From positions 1 to 53,633 of the forward strand of contig CAZTAY010000002.1 in NCBI GenBank assembly GCA_964611655.1: a DNA stretch of 53,633 bases, written 5' to 3'. The position numbers and the translations under genes are program-made. Every line of letters starts with the position of its first letter. The stretch's first letter is position 1. Source of the DNA: an uncultured Eubacteriales bacterium (GTDB lineage: Bacteria; Bacillota; Clostridia; Lachnospirales; CAZTAY01). Below the pieces are notes generated by a model, which did not search any database, was not told the origin of the DNA, and worked only from the letters and a program-made list of their open reading frames with translations. Positions 10,808-21,841 of this stretch are shown piece by piece.

Positions 10808-10928
10808 AGCAATTCCATGTTTGATTTGCAATTATCTAAGCTGAAGATAGGTGGATTTGTGCCGTTTTAGGTGTATATAAATTGCTTACGTCAAACGGAA
10901 TTACTATATTAAAAAGGAGGTACTTTTT

Positions 10929-11360
10929 ATGTTAGTAAAACAAGTATCCGTTTTTTTGGAAAACTCTCAAGGCAATCTAGCAGAGGTCATGGAAATACTA
11001 GAAAGCAATAACATTAATACCAGAGCATTATCAATTGCGGAAACAAGCGATTATGGTATTTTAAGGCTCATTGTAAATGATTATGAAAAAGCTGTTAAAG
11101 CTCTTAAAGAAGCAAGCTTCCTTGTAAGCCTTACAGATGTAATAGCAATTGCGGCAGAAGACAAACCTGGTGGTCTTGTAAAACCATTGCAGTTGTTGCA
11201 TAAAAACAATATCTCTGTTGAATACATGTATGCTTTTATTGGCAAAAGTGATTCAACAGCATTCGTAATTCTTAGAATTGATGATACAGAAAAGGCAATA
11301 GCAGTGCTTGCAGAAGGTAATATAAATGTGCTTGAAGCAAACACCCTATATCAGATGTAA
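10929..11360 (+). CDS. Tandem ACT domain protein (usual paaK neighbour)
   Basis: QVSVFLEN..G.L, ALSIAETSDYGILRLIV, DKPGGL...L....ISVEYMYAF. Confidence 0.9.
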   Translation: MLVKQVSVFLENSQGNLAEVMEILESNNINTRALSIAETSDYGILRLIVNDYEKAVKALKEASFLVSLTDVIAIAAEDKPGGLVKPLQLLHKNNISVEYMYAFIGKSDSTAFVILRIDDTEKAIAVLAEGNINVLEANTLYQM

Positions 11361-11363
11361 GCC

Positions 11364-11951
11364 ATGAAAAACTTAGAAAATATTATGAACTTTATTCTTG
11401 AAATTGACAAACTAAAGAATGTTTTTAGAAGAACACCTATAATGAGCGGAGAGCGCCAAGAAAACGACGCGGAACATTCTTGGCATATAAGCGTTATGGC
11501 GCTCTTGCTTAAGGATTATTATAATAAACCTGTTGATATTGAAAAGGTAATTAAAATGCTTCTTATTCACGACCTTGTGGAGATATATGCTGGCGATACT
11601 TATGCTTACGATGAAAAAGCATACCATGATAAAGCAGATCGTGAACAATTAGCAGCAGAGAAATTATTCTCCATTCTTCCTAAAGCATATAAAGGTTGTT
11701 TTATGTCTTTGTGGGAAGAGTTTGAGGCAGACGAAACAAACGAATCCGAATACGCCTCTATTTTAGACAGAACACAACCACTTCTGCTAAATTATCATAA
11801 TGAGGGCAGACCGTGGATTAAACATGGTATCACTAAAACACAAGTGATTACCAGAGTCAGGAAGGTTATAGAACTTAATAACCCTTTATCAAAATATATA
11901 ATGGATATTATTAATGACTCTGTCTTAAAAGGTTATTTGATTGATAATTAA
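11364..11951 (+). CDS. HD domain hydrolase (5'-deoxynucleotidase-like)
   Basis: ENDAEHSWH and HDLVEIYAGD motifs. Confidence 0.88.
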   Translation: MKNLENIMNFILEIDKLKNVFRRTPIMSGERQENDAEHSWHISVMALLLKDYYNKPVDIEKVIKMLLIHDLVEIYAGDTYAYDEKAYHDKADREQLAAEKLFSILPKAYKGCFMSLWEEFEADETNESEYASILDRTQPLLLNYHNEGRPWIKHGITKTQVITRVRKVIELNNPLSKYIMDIINDSVLKGYLIDN

Positions 11952-12150
11952 AAAAGCATCTAAGGTTGACATAATATTTTACTCCAAGTTAATGCACAAG
12001 TTTCATTGTTGGCAGAAACCATTATCGGCTAGACAGTTAAAAAATATTTCAATTTTTAATTACATATTAAAAAGCTAATTACATATAGCCCCCCTTTCTT
12101 TAAAAACTGTCTCTTCGAAAATTTGTCTTTAAGAATGGAGGACAATCTAA

Positions 12151-14367
12151 ATGAAAAATTTAAAAATCCAATCAAAACTTATCGTTGGCTTTAGCGTCGT
12201 AATGTTATTTATGATTATTCTAGGTGCTTCTTCATTTATTAGCCTAAAAAACCTTGAAAGCATCATAGAGGATTATGATACAAAAACAGTTCCTAATTTA
12301 AATTATATTTGGGAAATTAAATATGAGACATTTTCGATTCAGCGTGCTGTCTTAAAAGCGATTCTTGCAACCACGGAGACAGATCTACAGAATTCCGTTG
12401 AGTCAACAAATGAAGATGCAAGAAAAATGAATGAGGCGTTGCAGAAATATAAAGAAAACATGCGGACAGATCCGGAGTTGTTTGAAAAAGTTGTATCAAT
12501 TTTATCGGGAGGCTCTCAAGCCCGTGGTAAGGTTCTTGAACTTTCAAAAGGTCTCACTCCTGAATCAAATGCTTTGGCTTATGAAGCTTTTAAAAAAGAA
12601 TATGAACCTGTTTTTGATGATTTTAGCGAAAATTTAGATATAATACATAATCAGGTTAACGATCTGGCTGCTAAGCAAAGACAAGCGACAGATGATACTA
12701 TAATCTGTATGCAGATATTATTGTTCTCTGTTTTGGTTGTTGCAATTATACTTACTATTATAGTGATTATTTTAATTACAAGATCGATTAAAAAGCCAGT
12801 TTTGGAGCTTGAGAGGGCTGCAAAAGAGTTGTCAGAAGGCAATGTTAACTGTAATATTTCATATAACAGCAAAGACGAGCTTGGACAGCTTGCTAATTCC
12901 ATTAGAACTGTAAATGGTACTATTTCATTGCTTATCGAAAAACTATCTGAATTAATAAATGAATATAATGAAGGTACAATAGAGGTAAGAATAGATGAAG
13001 AGCTATTTAGAGGGGAGTATAGGGAAGTTGCATCGGGAATTAATGCTTTGTGTAAAACCTTTGTAGAGGAAATGCTATCCATAATGGAAGCCTTTGGCAA
13101 AGTGGGAAATGGAAATTTTGAAACTACCCTTGTACAGTTCAAAGGTCAAAAAATAATAGCAAATGAAAATTTTGACTCTCTAAAAAATAATGTAAAATTA
13201 TTAAAGTCTGAAATAACTAGACTTATCGATGGCGCTATAAACGGACAATTAAACCTAAGAATCGATACAAACCAATATCAAGGCGGCTGGAAGGACATTA
13301 CTGAATCACTTAATAATTTGCTTGTATCGGTTAGTGAACCTATTGCAGAAGTCAATGAGGTTTTATCGGAATTGTCCAAAGGTAATTTTGATGTTCAGAT
13401 AGAAAATAATTTTAAAGGCAATTTTTTTGAAATGATGAACTCGCTGGATATTATGATTAAAGAGATAGGCTCTTATATTAATGAGATTACTGATAAACTA
13501 GAAGCCGTTGCAAAAGGCGATTTACGTGAGACAATTGAAAGTGAATATTTGGGTCAGTTTAACCTGATTAAAAATTCTATAAATAATATCAGTAGCGGAC
13601 TTAGAGATACCATTAACGAAATAAAATCTGCCGCTGAGAATGTTCTAGCAGGCGCAAATCAAATTTCTGATTCTGCAATGGACATTGCAGACGGTGCAAA
13701 CACACAGGCAAGCTCTGTGGAAGAATTAAATGCCTCCATTCTATCAATTAATGAGAAGGTCAGGCAGACGGCAGAAAAAACTCAAACAGCAAATGAATTT
13801 TCCCAAAACACAATGTCAAGTGCTAAAGAAGGAAACGAAGAAATGCATAAGATGCTTAAGTCCATGAACGATATTAAGGACGCATCAGGCAACATTGCAA
13901 AGATTATAAATGTTATTGATGATATAGCCTTTCAAACAAACCTCCTGGCGCTTAATGCTGCTGTTGAAGCTGCTCGTGCAGGTGAACAAGGCAAAGGCTT
14001 TGCGGTTGTTGCAGAGGAAGTTCGTTCTCTGGCTGGAAGAAGCTTAGCGGCAGCAAAGGACACTGCGATTTTAATTGAAGATACCATAAGTAAAGTAAAT
14101 GAAGGTACTGCTGCAGCAAATTATACAGCGGAATCTCTGAAAAAAATTGTTACAGACATAAACTCTGTTTCCGACGTAATCAATACCATTTTTTCGGATA
14201 CAAGAGAACAGTCAGAGGGAATTTCTCAAATTACACTAGGAATTAACCAAATTTCACAAGTTGTTCAAGTAAATTCTTCAACCTCTGAAGAATCGGCGTC
14301 TGCTGCACAAGAGCTGAATAGCCAATCTGAAATACTAGTACAAATGGTTGAGAATTTTAAAGTTTAG
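12151..14367 (+). CDS. Methyl-accepting chemotaxis protein (4HB sensor, multiple HAMP)
   Basis: Two TM helices, HAMP (SKDELGQLA), signalling motif [34 protein letters not shown]. Confidence 0.97.
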   Translation: MKNLKIQSKLIVGFSVVMLFMIILGASSFISLKNLESIIEDYDTKTVPNLNYIWEIKYETFSIQRAVLKAILATTETDLQNSVESTNEDARKMNEALQKYKENMRTDPELFEKVVSILSGGSQARGKVLELSKGLTPESNALAYEAFKKEYEPVFDDFSENLDIIHNQVNDLAAKQRQATDDTIICMQILLFSVLVVAIILTIIVIILITRSIKKPVLELERAAKELSEGNVNCNISYNSKDELGQLANSIRTVNGTISLLIEKLSELINEYNEGTIEVRIDEELFRGEYREVASGINALCKTFVEEMLSIMEAFGKVGNGNFETTLVQFKGQKIIANENFDSLKNNVKLLKSEITRLIDGAINGQLNLRIDTNQYQGGWKDITESLNNLLVSVSEPIAEVNEVLSELSKGNFDVQIENNFKGNFFEMMNSLDIMIKEIGSYINEITDKLEAVAKGDLRETIESEYLGQFNLIKNSINNISSGLRDTINEIKSAAENVLAGANQISDSAMDIADGANTQASSVEELNASILSINEKVRQTAEKTQTANEFSQNTMSSAKEGNEEMHKMLKSMNDIKDASGNIAKIINVIDDIAFQTNLLALNAAVEAARAGEQGKGFAVVAEEVRSLAGRSLAAAKDTAILIEDTISKVNEGTAAANYTAESLKKIVTDINSVSDVINTIFSDTREQSEGISQITLGINQISQVVQVNSSTSEESASAAQELNSQSEILVQMVENFKV

Positions 14368-14446
14368 GTATAAATAAATTTTACAAGATTCCGATATAAT
14401 AAGAAATACCTGTTATGGCAGTATAATTATTAGTGGGGGTGAAACA

Positions 14447-15013
14447 GTGAGTGTTTCTTCCGTAGGCGGCAATTTTCAAACAGTATCTCTAACCACGGGC
14501 AGTTTTATATCTTCAAACGCCAATATTTACTTAAAGGATCTTAAGAAGAAATTTCCTGAATGTGAATTTGCAGTGGGTAATGGATATATAAATGGCAAAA
14601 AGAACGGGGTTGTGGTTGATAAGGAGTATCTTGAAAAGTTGGCAAAGGATCCTAAGCTGAAAAAAGAGTTTGAAGATGAAGTTAAAAAGCTTAAGACTTC
14701 CGGAAAGTTTTTAGACGAACGAGCGCCTGTTGATGGAGTTAAAGTATTAGGCGCGGGGATAATGTTTAATAAAGACGGTGAAATGACGGCATATTCAACA
14801 ACTCAAAACTTAAACACTGGACAGAAAAGGAATTTCTTTTCAATCGTCAAGGATCCTCAGGACAAGAGCAATCTTTTTAAAAGCTTTTACAATAAAACAA
14901 TTAAACCTAAACTGGATATGGACAATGCTTTATATCGAATAGCAAAAGAAGAAAACGATGCACGAGCACGTAACAATAATCCAGACTTGGGGACTTTTGA
15001 TTTTAAAGCATAA
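14447..15013 (+). CDS. Hypothetical protein, DUF6033-like
   Basis: YLKDLKKKFP and VVVDKEYLEKLAKDP...KEFE resemble that family; GTG start after GGGGGTG. Confidence 0.6.
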   Translation: MSVSSVGGNFQTVSLTTGSFISSNANIYLKDLKKKFPECEFAVGNGYINGKKNGVVVDKEYLEKLAKDPKLKKEFEDEVKKLKTSGKFLDERAPVDGVKVLGAGIMFNKDGEMTAYSTTQNLNTGQKRNFFSIVKDPQDKSNLFKSFYNKTIKPKLDMDNALYRIAKEENDARARNNNPDLGTFDFKA

Positions 15014-15021
15014 TAAGGCTT

Positions 15022-15065
15022 AAAGGGGCTGTATTGCTAATTAAAAAGCAATACAGCCCCTTTTT
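15022..15065. terminator. Bidirectional intrinsic terminator
   Basis: aaaggggctgtattgct / agcaatacagccccttt between convergent genes. Confidence 0.85.
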
Positions 15066-16462
15066 CATCTAAACCTTCCCCTTTTTTTGACACTAACTAA
15101 CTGACATACAACAGCTATAACCACCCCTGCAACTAACCCTATTGCAGGCCCTGCAATGGCTAATATGCTTCCAACAATGCCTGCAACTCCACGCTCTTCA
15201 GATGTGTTTAACATACCTAGGGCAATGTAAAAACATGCAAATGACTGTATCATAAGAGTAAGTGACATGGACAGGGGCAGTATTGGCTGTATCAGAGCTA
15301 TAAGAGGCATTATAAAACAACAGACAGCCTTTGTTAGGTTAAAGGTTGCAGTACCGCCAATGATTGAATACATTGCCCTACTGCCTTTATATCGCTCAAC
15401 AACAGTGACGGTCATAGCTGACCATAAAGGTCCTGACATTGTAATCGTAGGTGCAAACAAGGATTCTGCTAAATTACGCAGTCCTGTCAAAATATTAGTT
15501 TTATTTGAGTTTATCTGGATTTTTTCGTCTTTTCTTACGGAAGCAGCATCATACAGTAGTTGTTCACCAGCAACAACATCACCAAAAGCTATTATATATG
15601 TTATGATTGCCATTGGTACTGCTTGTATCAAAATTTCTAACGGCGGAAAACCTATACCCATCATACTAAAATTATTATTCACCCATTTAAGACCCGGCAA
15701 AGGATTAAAAATAAGTCCATCCTGTAAAGAAATAACTGGCAAGGGAAGTTCGCCTGTTGCAGCGCCTACAAGGTATCCTGCAAACAGTGCGGGAACAAAA
15801 CCTGCTTTTGTTAGTATTCCCACAAGCCCTCCCGGTTCGCCTTCTTTAATCTCTCTGAAACCCTTAGAAAATAGTAAGAATAGAGACACCAAAACACCGG
15901 TTGAAAAAGCAAAAGGCATTTTTGCAAAGCCTATTCCTCCAAGTTCCCCAGTAGCAAAACCATAACGTCCGATTACTGCGCTAATACCTGCTCCCATTAA
16001 TACACCAGCTTTAATTGAGTTTGGAGTAATACGAACAAGTTTTCCGGCAAGCTTTGATATGCCAAGAACCAAGAATATAACAGCAAGCAAAAACCCCAAT
16101 GATATTAAAGCGTGGATTCTATCGGTGCCTTCAAATGCCAGCAAGAATGTAGTTATTAAAGGGATTGCAGGGGTAATCCATCCACCGATTAACACGTCTC
16201 CAAATAGCTGATGGATACAGTAAAGACATTCATGAACAATTATAATTGAAAGAGCGACTGCAAATGGCAGACCGAATATATTTTCTAAGTAAGCGGTTGC
16301 TGAAACTCCTGTAACGAAAACAAAGCAAGCCTGAATAACTTCTGGAATTTCAATTTGATAATGAATGATTGGAAAACGTAATTTATAAGCCTTTAACCCC
16401 GGAATGGGTATATAAGGCTGTTCGCCTCCTTCTTCTCTCCTTGCGGTTGGCAGACTTAGCAA
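15065..16462 (-). CDS. Uncharacterised polytopic permease (DUF3360-like, NCS2-related), paralog A
   Basis: Many TM helices; LFGDVLIGGWITPAIPL, YIIAFGD, GPLWSAM; TTG start after GAGAGGGGG. Confidence 0.8.
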   Translation of the reverse strand: MLSLPTARREEGGEQPYIPIPGLKAYKLRFPIIHYQIEIPEVIQACFVFVTGVSATAYLENIFGLPFAVALSIIIVHECLYCIHQLFGDVLIGGWITPAIPLITTFLLAFEGTDRIHALISLGFLLAVIFLVLGISKLAGKLVRITPNSIKAGVLMGAGISAVIGRYGFATGELGGIGFAKMPFAFSTGVLVSLFLLFSKGFREIKEGEPGGLVGILTKAGFVPALFAGYLVGAATGELPLPVISLQDGLIFNPLPGLKWVNNNFSMMGIGFPPLEILIQAVPMAIITYIIAFGDVVAGEQLLYDAASVRKDEKIQINSNKTNILTGLRNLAESLFAPTITMSGPLWSAMTVTVVERYKGSRAMYSIIGGTATFNLTKAVCCFIMPLIALIQPILPLSMSLTLMIQSFACFYIALGMLNTSEERGVAGIVGSILAIAGPAIGLVAGVVIAVVCQLVSVKKRGRFR

Positions 16463-16892
16463 AAAATAACCCCCTCTCTTTAAATGAGTATACTATAAAA
16501 AAGAAATTTATCCGATTATAAACAAAATTCAGGTATTATTTTATTTTATTTTGTTTGTTCCTGTCAATTAATTTAATTTAATTAATAAAATTTTTTAAGT
16601 AGAATATAATCAATAGATTAGACTATGTTTTGCAAAGGCTTGATTGTTGACAATTAGTATAAACCTTGGAGTTTTGCCCCGAACCTCCTTTTTTCTTAAA
16701 AGAAAGATGCAAAGAATTTTAACAGAAATGCCGCAAATTCGGCAAAGTATTGGAAAACTTCAACACAAGAACTTCTCCAAGTCAAGTCTTAATAATTTAT
16801 GTAAATATTTACGAATTATTATAATTTCAATTATTACATATTGTTAGTAATATATCAATGGTTATGGTGGGATATAGTGAAAATTGTTAATC

Positions 16893-16921
16893 TTGACTTT
16901 TTTTTTCAAATATATTACTAT
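16893..16921 (+). promoter_or_regulatory. Sigma-A promoter ~250 nt upstream of the LysR gene
   Basis: TTGACT-17 bp-TACTAT. Confidence 0.55.
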
Positions 16922-17174
16922 TTTTTTAACTAAACAATTAAACTTTATGAATAGAAACCAGTATACGATAATGGGTTGACCGATTAAACAGTATCTCCAT
17001 TTACTGCCAGGGGGTAGAAATGGTAACGGTTTGTTTAATACTAATTCTTGGCTGCAGTGCAGCTCAATTGCCAAGTAAAGGACAGTTTCCGGTGATTTTG
17101 CCGTTTATTGTGAGAACATAATCATAGTAAGGCGTTCAACAGTAATTTGGGTTTAGGCTTGGGAGTGTTTACTA

Positions 17175-18131
17175 TTGGAACTAAGATATGAATATTTACT
17201 GGTTGTGGCTAAAGAACTTAATATAAGCAATGCTGCTAAAATTCTTCATATGACGCAGCAAGGGCTTTCGAATCATATTAAGGTTATTGAAGAATATTAT
17301 GGTGCAAAATTATTCTATAGGAAGCCAAGCTTAAAGCTAACTCCCATTGGTGAGCGTGTTATTCAAACTATAAAACAAATACAACTATTGGAGAATAATC
17401 TGAAAAAGGAGATTCAGGATATAGAGGACGGAGAATCCGGAGTTATTAGAATGGTTGTTCCTCAGTCAAGGATTAAGTTATTAATGCCTCAGGTGCTTAG
17501 TGAATATTGCAAAAAATATCCAAAGGTTAAAGTTGAGCTAAACGGTGGTTTAACCGCAGATTCCCAACATAAGCTCCAACAAGGCAATATTGACATGTTT
17601 ATTGGCATAAACCCCCTCACAAACCCTCTTTTTGAATTTATACCCATACTAAGAGAAGAAGTATTTATATTAGGAACAAGAAGTCTTTGTGAGAAATATA
17701 TCAAAAATTTTGATGGCAGGATTTCCGAGATTAAAAAAGGCTTTAAGTTAAAAGAACTTTCAAGAGCTCCTTTTATAGGTATTCATGAAACAACACCTCC
17801 CGGTTCGGAGCTAATCAAACATTTCAAAAAGATTGGGCTGGAAGAGAATTTCAGAGCAGTAACCAACGATTTTGAACTTCTTTTGCTAATGGCAATGCAG
17901 GGTGAAGCATTTACCCTCTGTACCGATTCCATGTTAAGATTAGCAAGAGAAATTTATAAAACTGAAAACTTGCCAGAAAATGAATTGTTTCACTTTCCTA
18001 TCATAGAAATTGATGTGGAATGTAGGCTATATCTTGTGCATAGCAAGGATATGTGGAAACCAAAGTTTATGCGTGATTTTATTGATATATTTGTCAAAAA
18101 GAATACTCAATCCTTTAGTTCTGTAATTTAG
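17175..18131 (+). CDS. LysR family transcriptional regulator
   Basis: N-terminal HTH NISNAAKILHMTQQGLSNHIKVIEEYYGAKLFYRKPSLKLTPIGE; length 318 aa. Confidence 0.93.
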   Translation: MELRYEYLLVVAKELNISNAAKILHMTQQGLSNHIKVIEEYYGAKLFYRKPSLKLTPIGERVIQTIKQIQLLENNLKKEIQDIEDGESGVIRMVVPQSRIKLLMPQVLSEYCKKYPKVKVELNGGLTADSQHKLQQGNIDMFIGINPLTNPLFEFIPILREEVFILGTRSLCEKYIKNFDGRISEIKKGFKLKELSRAPFIGIHETTPPGSELIKHFKKIGLEENFRAVTNDFELLLLMAMQGEAFTLCTDSMLRLAREIYKTENLPENELFHFPIIEIDVECRLYLVHSKDMWKPKFMRDFIDIFVKKNTQSFSSVI

Positions 18132-18235
18132 TGTGAGCCAGATGAATATTAAAAGGCCAAGCGTTTATTAGGGTTGACCTTTTATGAAATACTAATAATA
18201 TAAGAATCTGACTAAAACAACAATTCTAAGTGAAG

Positions 18236-19630
18236 TTATCTACCGAAAGGTCCATCAAGCTTATGTATTCTTACCAGATATCCCATTGCCAGTGCAATAA
18301 ACGATGCTAGTAGCCCTAAGAACAATGGATCGATATTATGCGGAAGTATAAATTTTCCTATTATTAAAATTATAGGCGAAATTATCATTGATACATTAAT
18401 AAACAAAGTAGGTATCTTCCCTGGCATAAAAAGAGCCGTACAAAGGGGTAAAAATGCGACTGCACCTCTAAAGCCCATTGACAGATAACTCCAGTCCAAT
18501 ATTAATGAGCCGATATTCCCAAAGGTTATAACCACTGTAATGCATAAAACAACGCTTATAATAAGTCTGTTTACAAAAAGGAGTTTTTTGTCGTCTGCAT
18601 TCTTATTAATATGAGCTTTATATAAGTCGTTGCTGAACATGCTACCAATACCAAGTGCAATTCCTGATCCTGTACCTATAATAGTTACTAATAATGTAGC
18701 AAGAACCATTCCTGAAAGCAGGGCTGGTAATTTTTCAATTACAAAAATAGGAAGAGCAAATGAGGGTTCAATGTTTGGGTAGTTTATTTTCATGTACATT
18801 CCTACAAAAATCCCTGCAATTCCTATAAGCGGAATTAAAACAACACATATTAGTACACCAAGTCTTGAATCTTTTAAGGACTTTGCGGAGATTACCGCTT
18901 GTATGTAAGCTTGGGTGGTCATAACACCTATAATCAAAGATGTGCCCGATCCTAAATCTAATACAGCTCCCCTGGAAAGCAAATTAAAATAATCAGTTCC
19001 TGTCAAAACACTTGTAAATCCCTCTATTCCACCTTGTGCACTGATTGCAAGAACACCGCATATGGCTACGCTGATGCTTAGCAAAATGGTTTTTATTATG
19101 CCCACCATACCCACACCCCAGACACCGCCAAACATCACATATATAAGCATAAGACCAATAATAAGGGCTGATGCCAGTAAAGGGTGTATGCTTAAAATAG
19201 CTGTGACAAGTGCAACTCCTGACAGAACCTGTGAGGCAATGGTTAAGAAATTACCCATAGAAGTTAAAACTGTGGATAACGTTCTTGTGGTTTCGCCATA
19301 TTCTCTTGAAAAGATTTCGGGCAATGTTTTAATATGACTGTTATAAAAGGGTTTCACGTAAAACAAAAGCAGGGTTAGGCAGCCTATTCCAGCGCCTAAG
19401 GTAAACCACCAGGCAGAAAAACCATGACTATATGCCAATTGAGCAGTGCCGATTGTTGAAGCGCCTCCCACAAGCGAACCAAAAATAGAACCCATTACAA
19501 TTCCGGCACCGGTTTTCCTGCTACCACTGTCAAAATCAGAGGCTGTCTTAACCTTTTTGCCTGAAAAAACACCCATAAAGGTTATTAAGCAAATAACAAT
19601 CAGTGCACCTAAATAATGATACCCTGTCAT
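18236..19630 (-). CDS. Sodium:solute symporter (SSS) family protein
   Basis: GSLVGGASTIGTAQLAYSHGFSAWWF, TLPE...REYG, about 13 TM helices. Confidence 0.9.
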   Translation of the reverse strand: MTGYHYLGALIVICLITFMGVFSGKKVKTASDFDSGSRKTGAGIVMGSIFGSLVGGASTIGTAQLAYSHGFSAWWFTLGAGIGCLTLLLFYVKPFYNSHIKTLPEIFSREYGETTRTLSTVLTSMGNFLTIASQVLSGVALVTAILSIHPLLASALIIGLMLIYVMFGGVWGVGMVGIIKTILLSISVAICGVLAISAQGGIEGFTSVLTGTDYFNLLSRGAVLDLGSGTSLIIGVMTTQAYIQAVISAKSLKDSRLGVLICVVLIPLIGIAGIFVGMYMKINYPNIEPSFALPIFVIEKLPALLSGMVLATLLVTIIGTGSGIALGIGSMFSNDLYKAHINKNADDKKLLFVNRLIISVVLCITVVITFGNIGSLILDWSYLSMGFRGAVAFLPLCTALFMPGKIPTLFINVSMIISPIILIIGKFILPHNIDPLFLGLLASFIALAMGYLVRIHKLDGPFGR

Positions 19631-19647
19631 GGCTATCCACCTGCTTT

Positions 19648-20442
19648 TTATAAATTTTCTTGATAAAGTTCTTTTAATTTTTCTGCTTTTAATATTGTGG
19701 GCCTGTACTTAGAGTTTTCAATTATTTTATCAAGTTCAGACAAAGCTTGGGTTTTATTTCCGCTACGGAAAAGGTACTCTGCTTCAAGCAATTCTAAAAT
19801 ACCCTGACCGTTTTGCTCAGGAATCTGCTGAAGTTTATTCTTTGCATCTTTTAAATTTCCTTTTTCCATGTCAATTTTAGCCCAAATCAAATTAATAAGA
19901 CTTTCATCTTTTAACGCAATAGCCCCTTTTTCTAGGGTTGATTGTAACTTTATTAGCACCTTTTTCATGTCTGCAAATAAATCCAAGAAGAAATAATTTA
20001 TGCAAGCGGTCATTAAATAAATCATAAGTACAGTATATTCCGGTTCTTTGCTCTTTGTAGATTCTTTATTGTAATTCATCCATTTTTCGTTATATGTATT
20101 GGACTGCTCATGCTCACCCATCTCTAAATATGCTATGCTTTTAATATTAAGGTAATTAAAATCAGTTATTTTATTATTTTTGTGATATGCATCTGCTATT
20201 TTCAATCGCTCTTGTGGGTCTTTAATCCCTGTTATTTTTTTAATCCTTCGGTTTGGAATAACCTTCCTAAAAATTCTTATGCTAATAGATATAGCTACTA
20301 TTACGAATAACACGGCAGTTGCAATCAAACCAAACAAATTGTTTGAATTCCTACTGAAAGTACCTATTACTATTGATAAAAATGCTACAACAATTAACAT
20401 AAGCGCCCGTTGCAATCTTTTTTGGTCAATTTGTTTTTTCAT
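19648..20442 (-). CDS. Hypothetical membrane protein with TPR-like helical repeats
   Basis: Two N-terminal TM helices, then AYLEMGEHEQS, AKIDMEKGNLKDAK, AEYLFRSGNKTQAL. Confidence 0.65.
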   Translation of the reverse strand: MKKQIDQKRLQRALMLIVVAFLSIVIGTFSRNSNNLFGLIATAVLFVIVAISISIRIFRKVIPNRRIKKITGIKDPQERLKIADAYHKNNKITDFNYLNIKSIAYLEMGEHEQSNTYNEKWMNYNKESTKSKEPEYTVLMIYLMTACINYFFLDLFADMKKVLIKLQSTLEKGAIALKDESLINLIWAKIDMEKGNLKDAKNKLQQIPEQNGQGILELLEAEYLFRSGNKTQALSELDKIIENSKYRPTILKAEKLKELYQENL

Positions 20443-20734
20443 GTTTGCCTCCCCATAACCTGTATTTTATAACCTGACACCTATTCAACCCATCATTAAT
20501 TATTAAAAGTATAACATTGCTATATTTAATTTTCAATCGTGATTTGAGGATCTGTACTTCATACATGATTGTCATTTAAAACTGTTGCTTGTAATATTGA
20601 CACAAACATGACACAACTTTAAGCGTGATATAAGTTATAATAATACAAACTTAAAGTGGTGTGAGTTTTCATAAATGTTAGATAAAGTTATATCCACATT
20701 ATTTTAAGTTATTAAAACTTAGGAGTGATATTTA

Positions 20735-21070
20735 ATGAAAAAATTACAATTCGATATTACAACAGAAAAGAAAGAAATTGAAATTAACGGCAAAGTTTTT
20801 CAAATCTTAAAATCTGATGCTGATATTTTAGAAAAGGCGGCAGATTTAACTGACAGCTTTGAAAATATGAAAGACAAAAATGTAAAAGAAATTGCTTCGG
20901 CAATTAAAAGTGCAATTATGTTTACAGATGAGATTTTAGGAGATGGAGCTGTTAAAGAGATTACGAATAACCAGCCAGTCGGACTTGTTAAAATGCTTCA
21001 AATAATGAATGGAGTATGTCAAGCAGTGGTGGAAGAATATGGACTTGGACTAAACGCAAAATATGAGTAA
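20735..21070 (+). CDS. Putative tail assembly chaperone (gpG-like)
   Basis: 111 aa, KEIEINGKVF, DEILGDGAVKEI; position directly before Gp15-like and tape measure genes; RBS AGGAGTG. Confidence 0.65.
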   Translation: MKKLQFDITTEKKEIEINGKVFQILKSDADILEKAADLTDSFENMKDKNVKEIASAIKSAIMFTDEILGDGAVKEITNNQPVGLVKMLQIMNGVCQAVVEEYGLGLNAKYE

Positions 21071-21674
21071 GTACGCAGCATATAAAGCTCCTGAATTCTA
21101 TCTCTGGCAGTCTGAGGACAAGTCTTTTCCAAGAGTTTTGTACATTGACTCAAAAGAATACCCCATAAATTCGGATTTCAGGGTTATGCTGAAAATATTT
21201 CATATGCTTAACGACAATGAGGTAGTGGAAAGACATAAACTTGGACTTTTATGTAAATGGTTCTACGCTGCAGAAATTCCTGATGAACCATATTCAGTAT
21301 TTACTGAATTTTCATTGGGAAAGAGTGTTGGAAAAGGTGAAGAACCCGTAAAAATGATTAAACAATTTGACTTTGACTTTGACGCAAAAGAAATATATGC
21401 AAGCTTTTTAAAAGACTATGGTTTGTCATTAGTTAAAGAACCTTTTATACATTGGTATGAATTTAGGATACTTATGCAAAATCTGTCTCCTGAATCTCCA
21501 ATAAACAGAAAAATACAGGCAAGATTTTTAGAGCTTGATGGTCTAAAGGGAAAGGCATTGTATCAAGCTCAGCAAATCAAAGAATCAGTAGCATTGCCCA
21601 TAAGCTATAGTAAGAAAGAATTACAGGAAAATTCTGATTTTGAAGATGAATGGGGAAATGTTGGTTTAATTTAA
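21063..21674 (+). CDS. Bacteriophage Gp15-like protein (tail chaperone region)
   Basis: EYPINSDFRVMLK, FDFDFDAKEIYASFLKDYGL.L..EPFIHWYEF..L..NL, typical of the Gp15 family; overlaps upstream stop by 8 bp. Confidence 0.8.
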   Translation: MSKYAAYKAPEFYLWQSEDKSFPRVLYIDSKEYPINSDFRVMLKIFHMLNDNEVVERHKLGLLCKWFYAAEIPDEPYSVFTEFSLGKSVGKGEEPVKMIKQFDFDFDAKEIYASFLKDYGLSLVKEPFIHWYEFRILMQNLSPESPINRKIQARFLELDGLKGKALYQAQQIKESVALPISYSKKELQENSDFEDEWGNVGLI

Positions 21675-21841
21675 AATTTACTAATTATAAGTCCACAAAA
21701 AAGTTTTATTAAAGTGAATTAAAAGTATAAACGGTTTGCCTTAATTGTAATAAACAAATGGCAAACCTTATGCAATTTGATTTTAATTAAAATAGAAATT
21801 AAATACAGAATAAAGTCTGTTAACTGCGAAAGGAGGTTTTT

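Noticed and set aside
15267-15965. 232-aa plus-strand ORF
   Set aside because: Lies antisense inside permease A; the matching shadow ORFs appear inside paralog B
16947-16979. 10-codon leader peptide MNRNQYTIMG before LysR
   Set aside because: No RBS and no run of regulatory codons
20686-20698. DnaA box near the tail module
   Set aside because: Single imperfect match in AT-rich DNA; expected by chance
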